A stretch of DNA of 64,000 nucleotides from Squalus acanthias (GCA_030390025.1 CM059432.1:69132001-69196000), one strand, 5' to 3'; counted from the stretch's first letter, positions 47,770-61,763 are shown. The notes: generated by a model not told the origin, from the letters alone. Program-made: numbers and translations.

Positions 47770-49556
47770 GGAAAACTGCTTCAGCACTAACACAAATGGC
47801 TCAGCAAGCCAGGGAAGGGGCACCCAGGGTCTCGCACACAGCACTCCAGCTTTGTACAGGGGGTCAACACTGGAAGACAGGTCCTCTACTCACAGGGGCC
47901 AGGAGGACCTCCAGAAAGAAGGATGTGGGACCACATCACCGAGGCCATCACTGCCAGCAGTGTCGCCCCCACCATCTGGCTCCAGTGCCCAAAGAAGCTT
48001 CATGACCTCAGACCAGTGGTCAAGGTCAGTGAATGTATCTTCAAAAGGCGTCTCCTACCAACTGCACCACTAGCCTCACACACTGCTCAATACACGACTC
48101 CCCCACCACCACACCACCATTCACTCACCTGTCAACAATCTACACAAATCACGAGGCACATCTCCCATTCCTAGTCTCACCTCACCCCCTTGGAGGAGAC
48201 GATGCAGGCCATTCTTGGCAGGGACATGGCTGAGCCCTTGGCCAGCGGCGGGGCAGAATGGATACGAGATGCTGGTATCCTCATATGTTATCCTCCTTCT
48301 GGCATGCACCTCTTGCTTTCCCGCACCACAACTCCACCCTTGTGCCTTCCTCATTTCACACACCCAAAAAATCCAACCTGCACAGCCAGTGGTTGACCAA
48401 GAAGAGGGAGAGGAGAGTGAAGAAGAAGAAGAAACACCATCACTCGATTTGACACTCCCAGCCACCAGCTCCTCTAGGTCGACCAGCAAGGCCATTTGCA
48501 GTGTTGCTCCACTGAAAGTCAGCAGCCTTCCACCAGCCATGCTACAGCTACTGGGGTAGCACTGCGTGACATCAGTAGGATAGGCAAAGGCACACGCAAG
48601 ACAGTCACTAAAAGAATGCATAAGGGTGATGAGTTGATTTCTTCATGTCATATTGGAAGGAGAGATGTATAAAGTTGGATTGGAAAGTTTGCTTTGTGGT
48701 GGCTTTTATTTCAGCATCGTGACCAGGAGGGCACTTTGATGGTCAGTAACAGAGGGCAGGTAAGGTGTGGGACTAATGCTGAAAGGGGAATTGGGGTTTT
48801 GGTCACTGGTACCGCAGGCGGATGATTCCATCCCGGATATCCCGGCCAGAAAGGAGCTGTCTGGGTTGCATCCTTCCTTCTGCTTCCTCCTGTTCTGTTT
48901 CCTCCTCTTCTGTTTCTTCCTCTTCTGTTTCCTCCTCTTCTGCGTCTTCCTCTTCCCTCTGCGAGCGGATGCTGTAAATCTGAAATTACAGCATAAAATG
49001 CTGGAAATACTCAGCAGGTCAGGCAGCATCTTGACCTGAGATGTGAACTCTGTTTTTCGCTCCACGGAGGTTGCCTGACCTGCTGAGTATTTACAGCTTT
49101 TTCTGTCTCCTCAGAGGCCTTCCTTTATCATCCGCAAGCTTGTAAGTGTCCAGCTGCACTCCCTACACACTTAAAAAACTTTTAACATCTATTGCAGCAA
49201 GCCACTACTTCAGTAAAATCATTAAAAACTCAGTCTAAAAGCTTAAATGCAAACTTACCTGAAATATGTGTGTGTCCCTTTAAGAGGTGCTGACAGCACT
49301 TCTGTGAGTCTGCTTGCACGCTGGGTTTACCTGGCGAGCTTAGGACCCAGCGCTGAACTCAGCGCAAAGGTCCAAGTTCGCCGTGGTGATGTTAAGTTGG
49401 CGTGATGTCACTACTCCCTCATTTTACTTTGCAGGCAATACAGGGAAAATGGAGAATGCTGCAGGACCCACCACCAGCTGGCGAAAGAGCGGCGGCCACC
49501 CTCTTCGCTATTTTTTGATGGTAGCGGGTGGCGTAAAGCCCCCGAATTTTTAGCCC
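47770..49556. mobile_element. Deleted Harbinger derivative, same subfamily as 16342-18359, opposite orientation
   Basis: MAQQAREGAPR and MEETMQAILGRDMAEPLASGG match 17191-18057; right end AATTTTTAGCCC. Confidence 0.8.
48968..49107. mobile_element. Penelope family B inverted pLTR pair, degraded
   Basis: GAAATACTCAGCAGGTCAGGCAGC followed by TGCCTGACCTGCTGAGTATTT. Confidence 0.78.
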
Positions 49557-49559
49557 AAG

Positions 49560-49987
49560 GAAACAAATAGGCACCTTTTAAAAGCTTTAAACATGTTTTT
49601 TAACTTTACTGAGAAACTGACTACTGTACACCAATATAACCAGCAAATGGTTCGGTATAGTAATTTTCAGTTAGTTAAAATCGGTTTACTCACAGGTGGT
49701 GGACTCGACGCTCTGATTAAAAATGCTTATTTTTTTGATAAACCCATTTTCAGCTGTATTAATAAAACTGCACCAGGTCCACTCTTAAATACATCAATGA
49801 ATATTTTTTCATGCAAAATATGTTATTTTTAAATTACGTTCTAAAACGCTTCCCGATTGTGCTGGTTCACGGAGATATGCAAATGAGTTTGAGCGCAAAC
49901 TTGAGCAAAAAACTCACTTTCGAGCCCAATTTCGAGCGCAATTTGCACCCGGATTGCCGATTGCACCCAAAACAGAAACTCTTGGCC
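49560..49987 (-). repeat. DNA-transposon-like repeat, inverted copy of 61764-62190
   Basis: AAAATGCTTATTTTT..GATAAAC..CAGCTGTATTAATAAAACT.CACCAGG is reverse-complementary to 61980-62040; end CAGAAACTCT. Confidence 0.7.
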
Positions 49988-52900
49988 TTTGACCATATCT
50001 CTTGCCACAAATCCCAATATTCCATTAGTATCCTTTTGTGGCCTTATTCACTTGAGTTACTACTTTTAATAACTTGTGAACTTGAACCCCCAAATTCTCT
50101 GCTCTTCCACATCACCCAGCTATCCACCATTCACGGTATAATAATTACTTTTTCTTTAACCAAAATGTACCACCTCACATTTATTGACATTGAATTCCAG
50201 CTGCCATTTTTTTGGTCCATTCCACCATCTTATCAATATTTCTTTGCAGCTCCCTTTGGTCCTCGGAATTATTTAATATGCTTCTTATTTGAATATCATG
50301 TGCATATTTGGACAGCACTCTCTCTAGCTCTATATCCAAATCATTGATGTAAACAGTGAACAAAAGTATTCTCAGAACAGAACATTGTGGGATACCACTA
50401 CCTCCTTCCAACCAGTCTGAGAAACTGCCCTTAACTTGGAAGGGAGAATTTTAACCGCTCCCCCCACCCGCACCCGAAGGGAATGGTCCGGCTGGAGGGT
50501 TACGATGGCGAGGGATTTGTGCCGCATTCCTGCAACCATTTTAAATAGCCTGAAATCAGGCACGGGAAGGCCACCTGCCCAGAGGAGCAGGGGCCTAATT
50601 TACATGGCGAAGTCGCATAATCAGGACGTGCATGCTATTTTAACCGTAGGCCTGACCAAGGGCCACACAGTCTCAAGCCTGTCAGAAAAAGTTGGCGGCA
50701 TTCAGGATCTGGCCGCATGAGGCCTAATTACATTTCTTTAAAAAATAAGCGTAATGGTTCCTTGAAGGCCAGGAGGAGCAGGAATACTACTTATGGCCCA
50801 ACAAGGATACCTTGGGCTTCTCTGTCCCGGGCTACCCCCTCCCCTGATTGCGGACTTTTCCAATCCCCTCCATTCATTACATGCCTTGTCATTGGTCCCC
50901 AATGGCTGCCTGAGCCCCAACAAATTTGGACTCCTGTCCACTGGCAGCAACATCATTCCCACCTGTAAAATGGGTACAATGAGATTCAATTTCTACTCTC
51001 TCATCTTTCTAAAATCTGCCTTATTCCCTGCCCTTGATTTTGTACTAACTTTTTCCTTTTCTATTTGTACTTGAAACCTCATAATATTATGATCACTACT
51101 CCTAAGGTGCTCACCCACATTTACCTCATCTATCAGATCTATTTTGTTACTCATAATCAATTCTCTCCAACACCGCCTCAAGTTCTGAGATCTTGAGCTC
51201 AAGTAATCTCAGTTGGATACATTTCCTGCAGATGTGTTTGCCCAAATTAACATCTGCTACTTGAAACTCCCTCATCCTGCAGGAACCTAACATCAATGCC
51301 CCTTCCTGTACTTCCATTCTTACGATAAATGTTAATTAAGTATTAGATAAATTTATATTCTTGTCTACTTAAACTTTCAATTAAACTACTCTGCTCCTCT
51401 TTCCTCCTCAGCTCTGAATTCCCACTCTCATCAAATTCCCATTATGGAAGTATTGTTTTCACTCTATTCCCACCACTCCCTTATGAGCTCTTTCCGTGGT
51501 GTGCTCTCCACTCGAACTCCACTGCAACTCCATTATGCAGCACCACTAAGTTTAATTCCCTAAGTAGTAACTGTTTCCATCAAAGCTGTGCCATTTTACT
51601 GAGGCACATTCCTCACAGGGAAAGATCAGCCATCCTTGCAATTAGAGATTCCACTGTAACCAGTCCTAATGAGTCTACCAGAGGCTTTCTTCTGCTCGAT
51701 TAATTAATCACCTCATTGACATCAATCAAATTGTGATCTAATATATGATTGAGAATCAGGTATAAAATATGACACAGAAGAGATAAAAGCAGATTAAAAG
51801 CAGATTTTTTAAATATGTTTATAGGTTCCTTGTGGGCCAGGAGGAGCAGGAGTGCTTCTTCTGGTCCCACAAGGATAGCTTGGGCTTCCCCTGCCTTGAG
51901 CTTTCCCACCTACCCGATTCCCTCCCTATTACTTACTTGCCTTGCCGGGGCCCATTTCCATGGGTCCACAATGGCTGCCTGACTCACCAAGAACTTTGAC
52001 TCTGGCTCATCGGCGGTGACGGTCATTCCTGCCAGCTTTGGGTGGGAGTCAATGTTGGATCTCCCAGGCCTCCCGCTCCGGGGGCCTGGATGGTTCACCA
52101 CCCGCTCTGACCTCCACTCCCGCCTCCCCCAATTCCCACCCCAAGTTAAAATCGGTGCTTCTAACTCTATTGTCATGCTGCTTTGGCAGAGTAATTGCCT
52201 CTGTGGTTTTCAAATGGTTAATCGCATTTGATGATCTATTTAACAGATATAAACGTTATCATTTACAGAATGCACAGTGAAAGGAGGAAGTTCAGACAAA
52301 TTTCTCCAACATGCCTTTTCGATCGTATTTTAGGATCTTCCTTTACTGGTATCATGTTCATTGCATGAAATTATGATGAAATGGAAAGGGATTCAGTGTT
52401 GGGGTGGGCGGGGATTGGATCATGTCACATCATTTTTTGAGTGTGAATATGGACCAAAAAGGTCCAATTTTGCAGGGTTATGTCCTGAGCCCTAAGGTCA
52501 CCTGAAGAATGCTGGGGTGATATTTAGGCTTCCCTGGTGGACAGGTTAAACAAAGTTCAATTGTCCTAAAATCCCCATCCATTTGGGGGAGAGAGTTCCA
52601 GATTTCTACTACTCTTTTCATTGAAAAAATGCTTCCTGATTTCACTCCTAAATAGCCCAGCTCCAATTGTAAGATTCTGCCCCCTTGTTCTGGATTTCTC
52701 CAACAGAGGAAATAGTTTCTCTGTATCAACCCGATTGCATCCCTTTATTATTTTAAAGATGTTGATTAAATCACCCCTCATCCTTCTAAACTAAAGGCAA
52801 TACAAACCAACTTTATTTAACCTGTCCTTAAACTTTAACTCTTTAAGCCCTGTTCTATTTTTTTTTGGGGGGTGGGGTGCTGGAATTCAGGTGCAGTTTT

Positions 52901-54137
52901 TTTGTGCCAGCTTTTTTTACCACCCAAAATAGGGTAGGAATTCAAAGGCAAATCCAAGCCGTAGTGTCAAGCTGGGGGGAGGGAGCGCTAAGTGGAGTAC
53001 TACATGGATCAGTGCTTGTACCCTTGTTGTATTTTAACTACATAATTGATCAATTACAGATCAGCCATGATCTAGTTGAATGGTGGAAGAGAATCGTGGG
53101 GCTGAATGGCCTCTTCGTGTTCCTATGTTCCTTCCTATCGCCCGGATGCAGAAACCTATTGTAAGTTTGCTAACTTTGCAGACAACACTTAATTAGACAG
53201 TGCAGGGATGAAGGATGCAGTTAAGATTTTGCAGAAGGATTTAAATATGTTATACAATTAAGCATATAAATAGCAAACAAAATGTAACACTGGCAAATAC
53301 ATATTGGAAGAAAGAATGAACAACAGATGCAAATAAATTAGCACAGAGCAACTGTGAAAATGACTCGAAAGTGACAATAGATTAATAGGCCCAAAAATTT
53401 AGCTGCACAGCACCCACTTTTCAGGTGCCGAACGGCCTCCTAAGCCTCTAATATGGCGGGCAGGAAGCGCACGCTCATTACTAGGCAGAAGTGCGCCAGC
53501 TGCCATTTTGGTAAAGGCCAAAAAGTGCTGTGAGTGCCCACATCTAAAACAGCATTAGGCATCTTGCATATGCTAATAAAGGGCCTAACACCTGCTTGAG
53601 GTCCCCATTGCAAGATTGGTTTGCCCTGAGGCAGCTGGTGCCAGCGCTGGCTGCACTCAGGTAAACCAGGTCTACATGCGGCCTAACAGGCATTCCTTAA
53701 AGGAATCACATTAGGCCATAACCACCAAGGTAAGCTTTAAAAAGATACTTACCTGAATGTGGAGCTGGAAAGAGCAGAATAATGGCCACCATTACCTCCA
53801 GAACCAATCGCCCACCCTTACCAACCTGGGGGCATCTATTAGCTTCAATTAGACTTCACCAACAGCTCGCCAGTATCAAGGGTGCCTCGGGCCTCACCAT
53901 TCAGGTGCAGGGATCGTATCCTGTGTCCCCCATGTGCCTAAAATTGGTAGCGCCCGAATTTCTGAGCCACCATTTTCAATATCAAGACAACAGGGAGAAG
54001 CAAGAAAAAAGCAAATAGAAAATTGGGATACTCAGCTAGAACAATGGAGTAAAAGCCTACAAAGTTTATACAGAGGCTTCATAATGTTGTATGCAATTTC
54101 GGTCACCACACTTCAAAAGGGACATAAACACATTGGA

Positions 54138-56530
54138 ATAAGACCATAAGAGCATAAGAATTAGGAGCAGGACTAGGCCATATGGCCCTTCGAGCCTGCT
54201 CCGCCACTCTATAAGATCATGGCTGATCTTCAACCTCAACTCCACTTTCCTGTCGGATCCCCATATCCCTTCATTCCCCTAGAGTCCAAATATTTTTCTC
54301 AGCCTTGAGTATACTCAATGACTCAGCATCCACAGCCCTTTGGGGTAGAGAATTTGAAAGCTTTACAACCCCCTTAGTGAAGAAATTCTTCCTCACCTCA
54401 GTCTTAAATAGCTGACCCCTTATCCTGAGACTATGCCCCTTATCCTGAGACTATGTCTCTCAGCATCTACCCTGTCAATCCCCCTCAGAATCTTATATGT
54501 TTCAATGCGATCACCTCTCATTCTTCTAAACTCCAGAGCGTATAGGCCCAATCTACTCAATCTCTCCTAATAGGACAACCTTCTCATCCCAGGAATAAAT
54601 CTAGTGAACCCTTGTTGCACCGCCTCTAAGTCAGGTCTGTCCTTTCTCAGATAAGGAGACCAAAACTGTTCATAGTACTCCAGGTGTGGTCTCACTAAAG
54701 CCCTGTACAATTGTAATAAGACTCCTTACTCTTGTACTCCAACCCCCTTGCAATAAAGGCCAACATGCCATCTGCCTTCCTAATTGCTTGCTGTACCTGC
54801 ATGCTAACTTTCTGTGTTTCCTGTACAAGGACACCTAAACCTCTCTGAACACCAACATTTAATAGTTTCTCACCATTTAAAAAATATTCTGTTTTTCTAT
54901 TCTTCCTACCAAAGTAAATAACCTCATATTTCCTCACACTACATTCCATCTGCCACCTTATTGCCCACTCACTTAACCTGTTTATATCCCTGTGCAGGCT
55001 CTTTGTGTTCTCTTCATTGCTTACTGTCCCACCTGGCTTTGTATCCTCAGCAAACTTGGCTACATTACACTTGGTCCCTTCAGCTAAGTCATTAATACAG
55101 ATTGTAAATAGCTGAGGCCCAGCACTGATCCTTGCAGCACCCCATTAGTTACAGTCTGCCAACTGGAAAATGACCCGTTTATCCCTACTCTCTGTTATCT
55201 GTCCATTAACCAATCCTTTATCCATGCTATATATATTACCCCCAACCCCATGAGCCCTTATCTTGCGTAGCAACCTTTTATGTGGCACCTTATCAAATCA
55301 CTTTTGGAAATCCAAATATACTACATCCACTGGTTCCCCTTTATCTCCCCTGCTAGTTATATCCTCAAAAACTCTAATAAATTTGTTAAACACGATTTCC
55401 CTTTCATAAAACCATGTTGACTCTGCCTAATCATATTATGATTTTCTAAATGCGCTGTTACCACTTCCTTGATAATGGATTCTAGCATTTTCCCAATGAC
55501 TGATGTCAGGCTAACTGGCCTGTAGTTCCCGGTTTTCTCTCTCCCTCCTTTCATGAATATTTGCTACCTTCCAATCGGCTGGGACCGTTCTAGAATCCAG
55601 GGAATTTTGGAAGATCACAACCAATGCATCCACTATCTCTGCAGCCACCTCTTTCAGAACCCTAGGATGTCGGCCATCAGGTCCAGGGGATTTGTCGGCT
55701 TTTAGTCCCATTAGTTCTCAAGTACTTTTTCTCTACTGATATTAATTACTTTAAGTTCCTCACTCTCATTAGCCCCTTGGTTCCCCACTATTTTTTGTAT
55801 GCTTTTTGTGCCTTCTACAGTGAAGACAGATACATAATATTTTTTTGAAGTCTTTGCCATTTCCTTATTCCCCATTATAATTTCACCTGTCTCAGCCTCG
55901 AAGGGATCAATGCTTACTTTTGCTACTCTCTTCCTTTTTACATAATTGTAGAAGCTATTACAATCTGTTTTTATATTCTTGCTAGTTTACTCTCATAATC
56001 TATTTCCCCCATTTTTATCAATTTTTTGGTCATCCTTTGCTGGTTTCTGAAGCTCTCCCAATCCTCAGGCTTACTATTATTCTTTGCAACATTATAAGCC
56101 TCTTATTTTAATCTAATACTATCCTTAACTTCTTTAGTTAGCCATGAATGGATCACTTTTCCTGTGAAGTTTTTATCTCTCAATGGATTGTATATTCATT
56201 GAGAATTTGGACTATTTCTTTAAATGTTTGCCACTGCTTATCTACCATCATACCTTTTAATCTAATTTCCCAATCTACCTTAGCTAACTTGCCCCTCACA
56301 CCTATGTAATTGGTTTTATTTAAGTTTAAGACTCTAGTTCCGTACTGAAGTATTTCACTCTCAAACGCAAGGTGACATTTTATCATATTATGATCACTCT
56401 TCCCCAGAGGATCCTTTACTATGAGATTACTAATTAACCCTGTCTCATTACACAATACAAGATCTAAAATAGCCTGTTCCCTGGTTGGTTCCATGATGTA
56501 TTGGTCTAGGAAACTATCTCGAATGCATTC
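54138..56530 (-). mobile_element. CR1 LINE (EN end through RT and tail), frameshifted, inserted into an older plus-strand CR1
   Basis: ORFs 56180-56494 (PTREQAILDLV, GKSDH), 55511-55711, 55357-55554 and 54695-54949; (CATAAGA)n tail; old CR1 flanks at 54010-54137 and 56569-56970. Confidence 0.93.
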
Positions 56531-58887
56531 TATTCACTGCTGACCAATCAGCTTGCTATAAAATGGATAGGTGCGGAGAACAGCAACAAAAATTATTCCA
56601 AGTGTAATGGGGTTGACCTATGAGGGAATATTAAAGAAGCTTAAGCTTTGAAATCTGGAAAGAAGAAGATTAAGGAGTCACCTTATTGCAATATTTAAGA
56701 TATTAAATGGCATTGATAATGAGAATTTAGAATATTACTTGTCGATCGGCCAGTGAAATGAGAGAACATTAATAGGAATTAATAAAAAGTAAATTTAAAA
56801 CATCTTAGAAAATAATTATTTCATCAAAGAATCTACCAGGTAATGAAATAGAATGAAAAATCCCAATGGAGCTCAAGATAAAATTGGATGATAGACTGGC
56901 TGATTTTAAATACTAGAGGGACAAGTTCAATGAGCCGAAAGGCCTTTCCTCATACTTGAGCTTTCCTTATATTTTTAATCTCTTGTGTTACAGACTGTGT
57001 TCCTGTCCATCACAAATATACAGACTGAATATTTCATTACAATGATACTCGTGATCAGAGAAACAATAAAGATACCAGAACCTAAAAATTACTGGTGGAC
57101 AAATATCTAGCAGGTCCATACGGCATCAGTTTGACCACTATTTTAACAAAGGTGTTAAAATAAATGGGTTAGTGCCTGCGTTGAAATGGAGGTCAGAGGA
57201 AAGGTGGATGGTGTAATTTCTAGTCTCTGATGTTTGCTGCCAACACGTTTGTTTGTTTAGAATTGTTGCACTGCTGCCAAGCTGTTTGCCCTCAGTCTCC
57301 AAATAAAGTTCAGGGAACTTTCAACTGATTGAAGTGGAAATTTACCAGCTTCATGTGTATTCCACCTGTCTTTGTAGCAGCACATTATCTGTTCATTGCT
57401 GACCAATCAACTTGCTATAAAATGGATTTCAATCACTGTTAAAATGGAATCATCAACAAGATAGTAACGAGAAGGAAATAACAATTCATTAAACCATTCT
57501 GAAAACTCATGGTGAACTATATAATAAAAGCAGGTCCATTCAGATTAATATTGGTCTGGGCATATCACTTATATCCCTATAATCTATTTCAGTGACTCGA
57601 GACAGTTCAATCAACCCAGACTTTAGGAAATTTTGGTAAACAGACCTCAAAACCTTCCCCTCTTTCAGTGAACTTCCTTTGTACTTTTTGTGCACATCAA
57701 AGCAAGTACTGTCAGTGCTAAGGAAGGGAACATTTCTCCACATCTGGTCAAGTATTCATAAAATAAGGTATAGCACAGCTTTCTGAAAACCTCTCTTCAT
57801 TCTGTCCAACAATGGGAATTAAATTCTGCTCTTGTGTGCCAGTAACAAGCTGGGTGCAAGGCAAGGTGGGAAATTGGGGACAGAGGCTATGCGCCTGATT
57901 TGCACTTAACCCGGGTTTTTTAATGGGTTGGCACTAGGGGAGCCTCATTAAGGCCATCAGTACTTCGTGGTGTGCCTTGCTGCTCCAGATATTCTGGCAG
58001 ATCACATCATTGGTATGATGCCATTGTTATGTGCCTTTAAAATCAGGACCACATCACACTCCTGCAGGTGTAGAGTCAGTGGATGTATGTAGACTTAAAG
58101 CTGTCCCATCTTACCTGTTAGATTTATCATTGCACATTTTTGTTCCTTTTTGGTTTCTTTGCACTATTATTAGTTTCTTTTGATTGGATCTTTAACTTCT
58201 TCCATTTTGCTTGGTTTGAATTGAACTTCTGCATCCTTACCATAAAAGGCACTTTGAGGGTGAAATTGATCTTGGGCAGTAGTGCAATATACGTGATAGC
58301 AAATCAAAAGCTGTCGGCTTATTTCCATCTGCTCCTCTTCTGCCACCTTCGCTTGTTCCTTCTCACTCATGCTCTGTGTTTCACCTAGTGCTCCATGTTC
58401 TAAATCTAACTCCATACCTTCCCTCAGAGTGTGTATTTCAAGGATGGTGGTTTCAGCAGGTGGCGTGAGTGACGTAATGTTGTGGGATTTGGAGGAGTCC
58501 TCTGCCCGGCAAGCTGTTGCTCCTCAGAGAGTCTTACAGAAACACAATGGGAAAAGGAATAAATTGGAAACTGGAAAACACTCCTTGGAGCACATATCAG
58601 TAGCCACCCATATGATATGGTCAGGTCAGGTAGCTTCTCTATTGGCGGAATGTGTGACTGGCGGACTAATTCCTAGAGGGAAGAGAAAGTTGGAAAAATG
58701 GGTACTAAACTGCAGATGCAGGTTTGTCACCTGCATGCCCCTCTCCACTGGGGATCACAGCGTGATGGCAGCCCACTATGTCCAGGGTCAGTACTTTGAG
58801 CGGTGTTTACCGCTGCAGATTTTTGGTCCTCCTCCATTTTTCAGCCTTCCCCTTCTATTGTGGGCTTCCTTTGTCTATAATTATGTA

Positions 58888-59113
58888 AAAAAGTGAGAAG
58901 TCGCACAACACCAGGTTATAGTCTAACAGTTTTATTTGAAATCACAAGCTTTCGGAGCTGCTGCTCCTTCGTCAGGTGAAGTGAAGAATTCACCTGACGA
59001 AGGAGCAGCAGCTCCGAAAGCTTGTGATTTCAAATAAAATTGTTGGACTATAACCTGGTGTTGTGCGACTTCTCACTTTTGTCCACCCCAGTCCAACACC
59101 GGCATCTCCGCAT
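58888..59113. mobile_element. Penelope family A 226-bp palindrome with two hammerheads back to back
   Basis: 12-bp TSD TATAATTATGTA (58876-58887 / 59114-59125); ~93-bp inverted arms around the spacer GTGAAGAA. Confidence 0.93.
58990..59027 (+). ncRNA. Minimal type I hammerhead ribozyme (mirror copy on minus strand ~58942-58979)
   Basis: TCAC-CTGACGA-A-GGAGC-agca-GCTCC-GAAA-GCTT-GTGA. Confidence 0.83.
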
Positions 59114-59699
59114 TATAATTATGTAGACATTGATGAAATGCTGACTGTTTCCTGAGGCCTCCTATGGCTATGCACTTGCCACCATGCTTCTCTAAACAGG
59201 AGTGCAAGAACGTGCAGCATCCAAGTGTATATTTGGGGAGGGTGTCACGGTCCCACCCTCGATCAGGGAGTGCAGTGAGAGGCTGCCAGGGAAGATGAAA
59301 AGTGTGTCATGGCTGAATTCAGGTTGTCTTACACTAGTGTTAGAAAGAACAAAATGGTGTGTAAAGATAATGAAAGATCTGATGTGAGTATGCAGCTGGC
59401 TATGGGGAAAGTCTGTGTTTGTGTGTGCGTGTTTTGAAAGCATGCCACTGCAGTACACTGTAAAGAGACAAGCACAGCAGTTATTTAACTTGGCAAACTT
59501 CTTCAAGGTGTTCAAGGTTTCTTCCTCATCTGGGAGGATGACCTCTTTATTGCAGAAACCACATTCAATTTTATTGCTTCCGGGGCTCTCTCAGAAAAGG
59601 GCGTTATATTAAACCTCCACCACCACCACCACCACCACCACCCCACCACACCCTGGGAATTGGCAAACGTAAACAATTTGCAGACAAGAAGATTTCAGG

Positions 59700-60350
59700 T
59701 GCAACAACATTAATTTATATTGAGCCTTTAATGTAGAAAAAAAGGCAAAGGCATTTCAAAGAGGCATAATCAAAATAATTGACGCTGAGCGTAAAGAAGC
59801 AAATATTAGGAGGATGACCAAAATCTTAGGCAAGGAATTGGGTTGTAAGGAGAGTCTTAAAGGAATAGGGGAAGGTGGAGAGGCAGAGTGGTTTAGGGAG
59901 GCAATTCCAGAATGTGGGCACAAGAAGGCTAAAAGCTTGGTCAAAGATGTAGGCTTTAAGAAGCGTCTTAAAGAAGGAAAGAGAGGTAGAGAGGTGGAGA
60001 GGTTTAGGGAGGGAATTCCAGAGCTTAGGGCCTAGGCAGCTGAAGGCACGGCCAAGAAAGTTTCATTAACAGATGGGGATGAAGTAGGGGCAGAGACAAA
60101 TGATATTACAGAGGTGGAAATAAGCAAGCTTTGTAATGAAGATGATTGATAGTTGGGGTCAAAAGTGATGCTGAGGTTGCAAACAGTCTGGTTCAACCTA
60201 AAAATGTGGCAAGGGATTGAAATGGAGTCGGTGGTTAGGGTGCGGAGTTTGTGGCAGGGGCTGAAATTCATGGCTTTGGTATTCTCAATGTTTAATTGAA
60301 GGATATTGCGGCTTATCCAAGACTGGATGGTAGAGAAGCAGTCTGACAGC
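59700..60350 (-). mobile_element. L2 LINE fragments, with two 3' ends in tandem
   Basis: ORF 60032-60448 (WISRNILQLNIENT); AAAAGCTTGGTCAAAGA..TTTAAG..GGAATTCCAGAGCTTAGGGCC is the reverse complement of 34680-34790. Confidence 0.8.
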
Positions 60351-61763
60351 AACAGAGGCAGTGGTGGGGGGCGGGGTGGGGGGTTTATGCTCCCGGAAGA
60401 ATTGCGTTCCCAATATGCCTTAACCCCAACCTCCGAAGAGTACTCCAAAATTCTCCAATGAGAATATTTGCAGTTTCCACACCAGTCACGCTTGGGGTCT
60501 CTCTGACCAAGATTGCCAATCTACTGCCAGCTTGTGCTGAATTGTAGACAGCTTTGTATGATGGATCCATGTCCACTGAAAAGAAATTAATTTCACACCA
60601 ATCAGAAAAAGTTGACTTTATCAAAATGATGGTCCTGGCATTGTTACAGCCAATTTAAAAAAATGTTATTTCAAAAAAATTACTGTAGAAAAAAACAGAT
60701 TGTTCAGGCAGAATGTGAACATTGAATAATTAAAATTTTAGCAATCTTAATCGAATGGTATGAAAGAGTATATTTTCCAATCACTGCTATTCTTATATGA
60801 ATGCGCTCATACTAAATCTCTCTATGTGTTTTTTACAACCTATTAACTGAACAGCACCAGTTGGAAAATACATCCATGTAATAATAATTCTCTTTAAATA
60901 TAGTTTCTTTTAAAAGGGGGAATGTCCCCATATCCATTGTCATATTGCTTTAAATGTCAGGAAAGGAGGTATGTGTGCATTTAATTCCGTCTGTCAGGCT
61001 TCCTCTATTACTTTTTAAATATATTTTAAAATTGCTGGTAAAAGGCACCTTGGAAGCAAGCATTTTCAGTGACATTGTGAAATTCCTGTCCACTGATTAC
61101 AATCTCGAAGTGCTGACCACAACCCACTATCTCCATTTTAGATTATCAATGAAGCTGACCTCATGCTGTGATGAAATAGAGAGATTATTCTATATAATTA
61201 CTGTCATGAAATCATAGGAACTTACTGCTGGATGGCCAAAAAGAATATCATTTCATCTGCCTTGTAACGACAACTCTAGATAGGGGAAATTCTTCCCTCC
61301 CCATCTCACTCTGCTTTTTTTCCCACATAGACAGTATTGAAGATTTGGATTACAACTACTCCGTGGGACTTGTATGCACCTGTTGGAGTCTTTACAACTC
61401 CAGGGAGGAGATTGTGCAAATGGTTATTCAATGCTAATCTTGTGTTTGTGAGGATAGTGAGTCATAAATTAAAGGTGGGTAAGCGTGAAGTTATAAAACA
61501 ATGACAACACTGCAGACCCTGTTGTGAATGCATCTTTAATGATGAATGCTCAGTCTCCAAGAACAAAGTGAATGCTGCAGAGTTATTTTCATTAGCTGTG
61601 TAAGGAAATATGTATTTTTTTAAATGTGAAGCATTATTAATCAAGACTTTTACAAAGTTTCCGTTGAATGGATTTGTTGTGTACAATAAACGTCAAAGAA
61701 AATGAAGTAAAATTTATGCATTCTGTATGAAATTATTTTCCATTGCTGAAATAGAGAGACAAT

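Larger units (their letters stand above)
57830..60450 (-). mobile_element. Very old Harbinger Myb-gene remnant interrupted by Penelope and L2
   Basis: Minus-strand FSERAPEA..VSA..RSSSQMRKK at ~59520-59600; acidic exon-like remnant 58240-58500; TIR-like GGAGAATTTT at ~60450. Confidence 0.45.

Noticed and set aside
49811..50347. 178-aa ORF
   Set aside because: Spans a DNA-transposon end and the antisense strand of an old CR1; a chance frame
58170..58415. Acidic 81-aa ORF with nearby GTAAG donors as a host exon
   Set aside because: More simply read as a decayed Harbinger Myb exon within the 57830-60450 remnant; there is an in-frame stop upstream
60385..60624. 79-aa ORF with a TTTTCAG acceptor on the minus strand
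   Set aside because: No recognisable protein or convincing donor; runs into a transposon-like end
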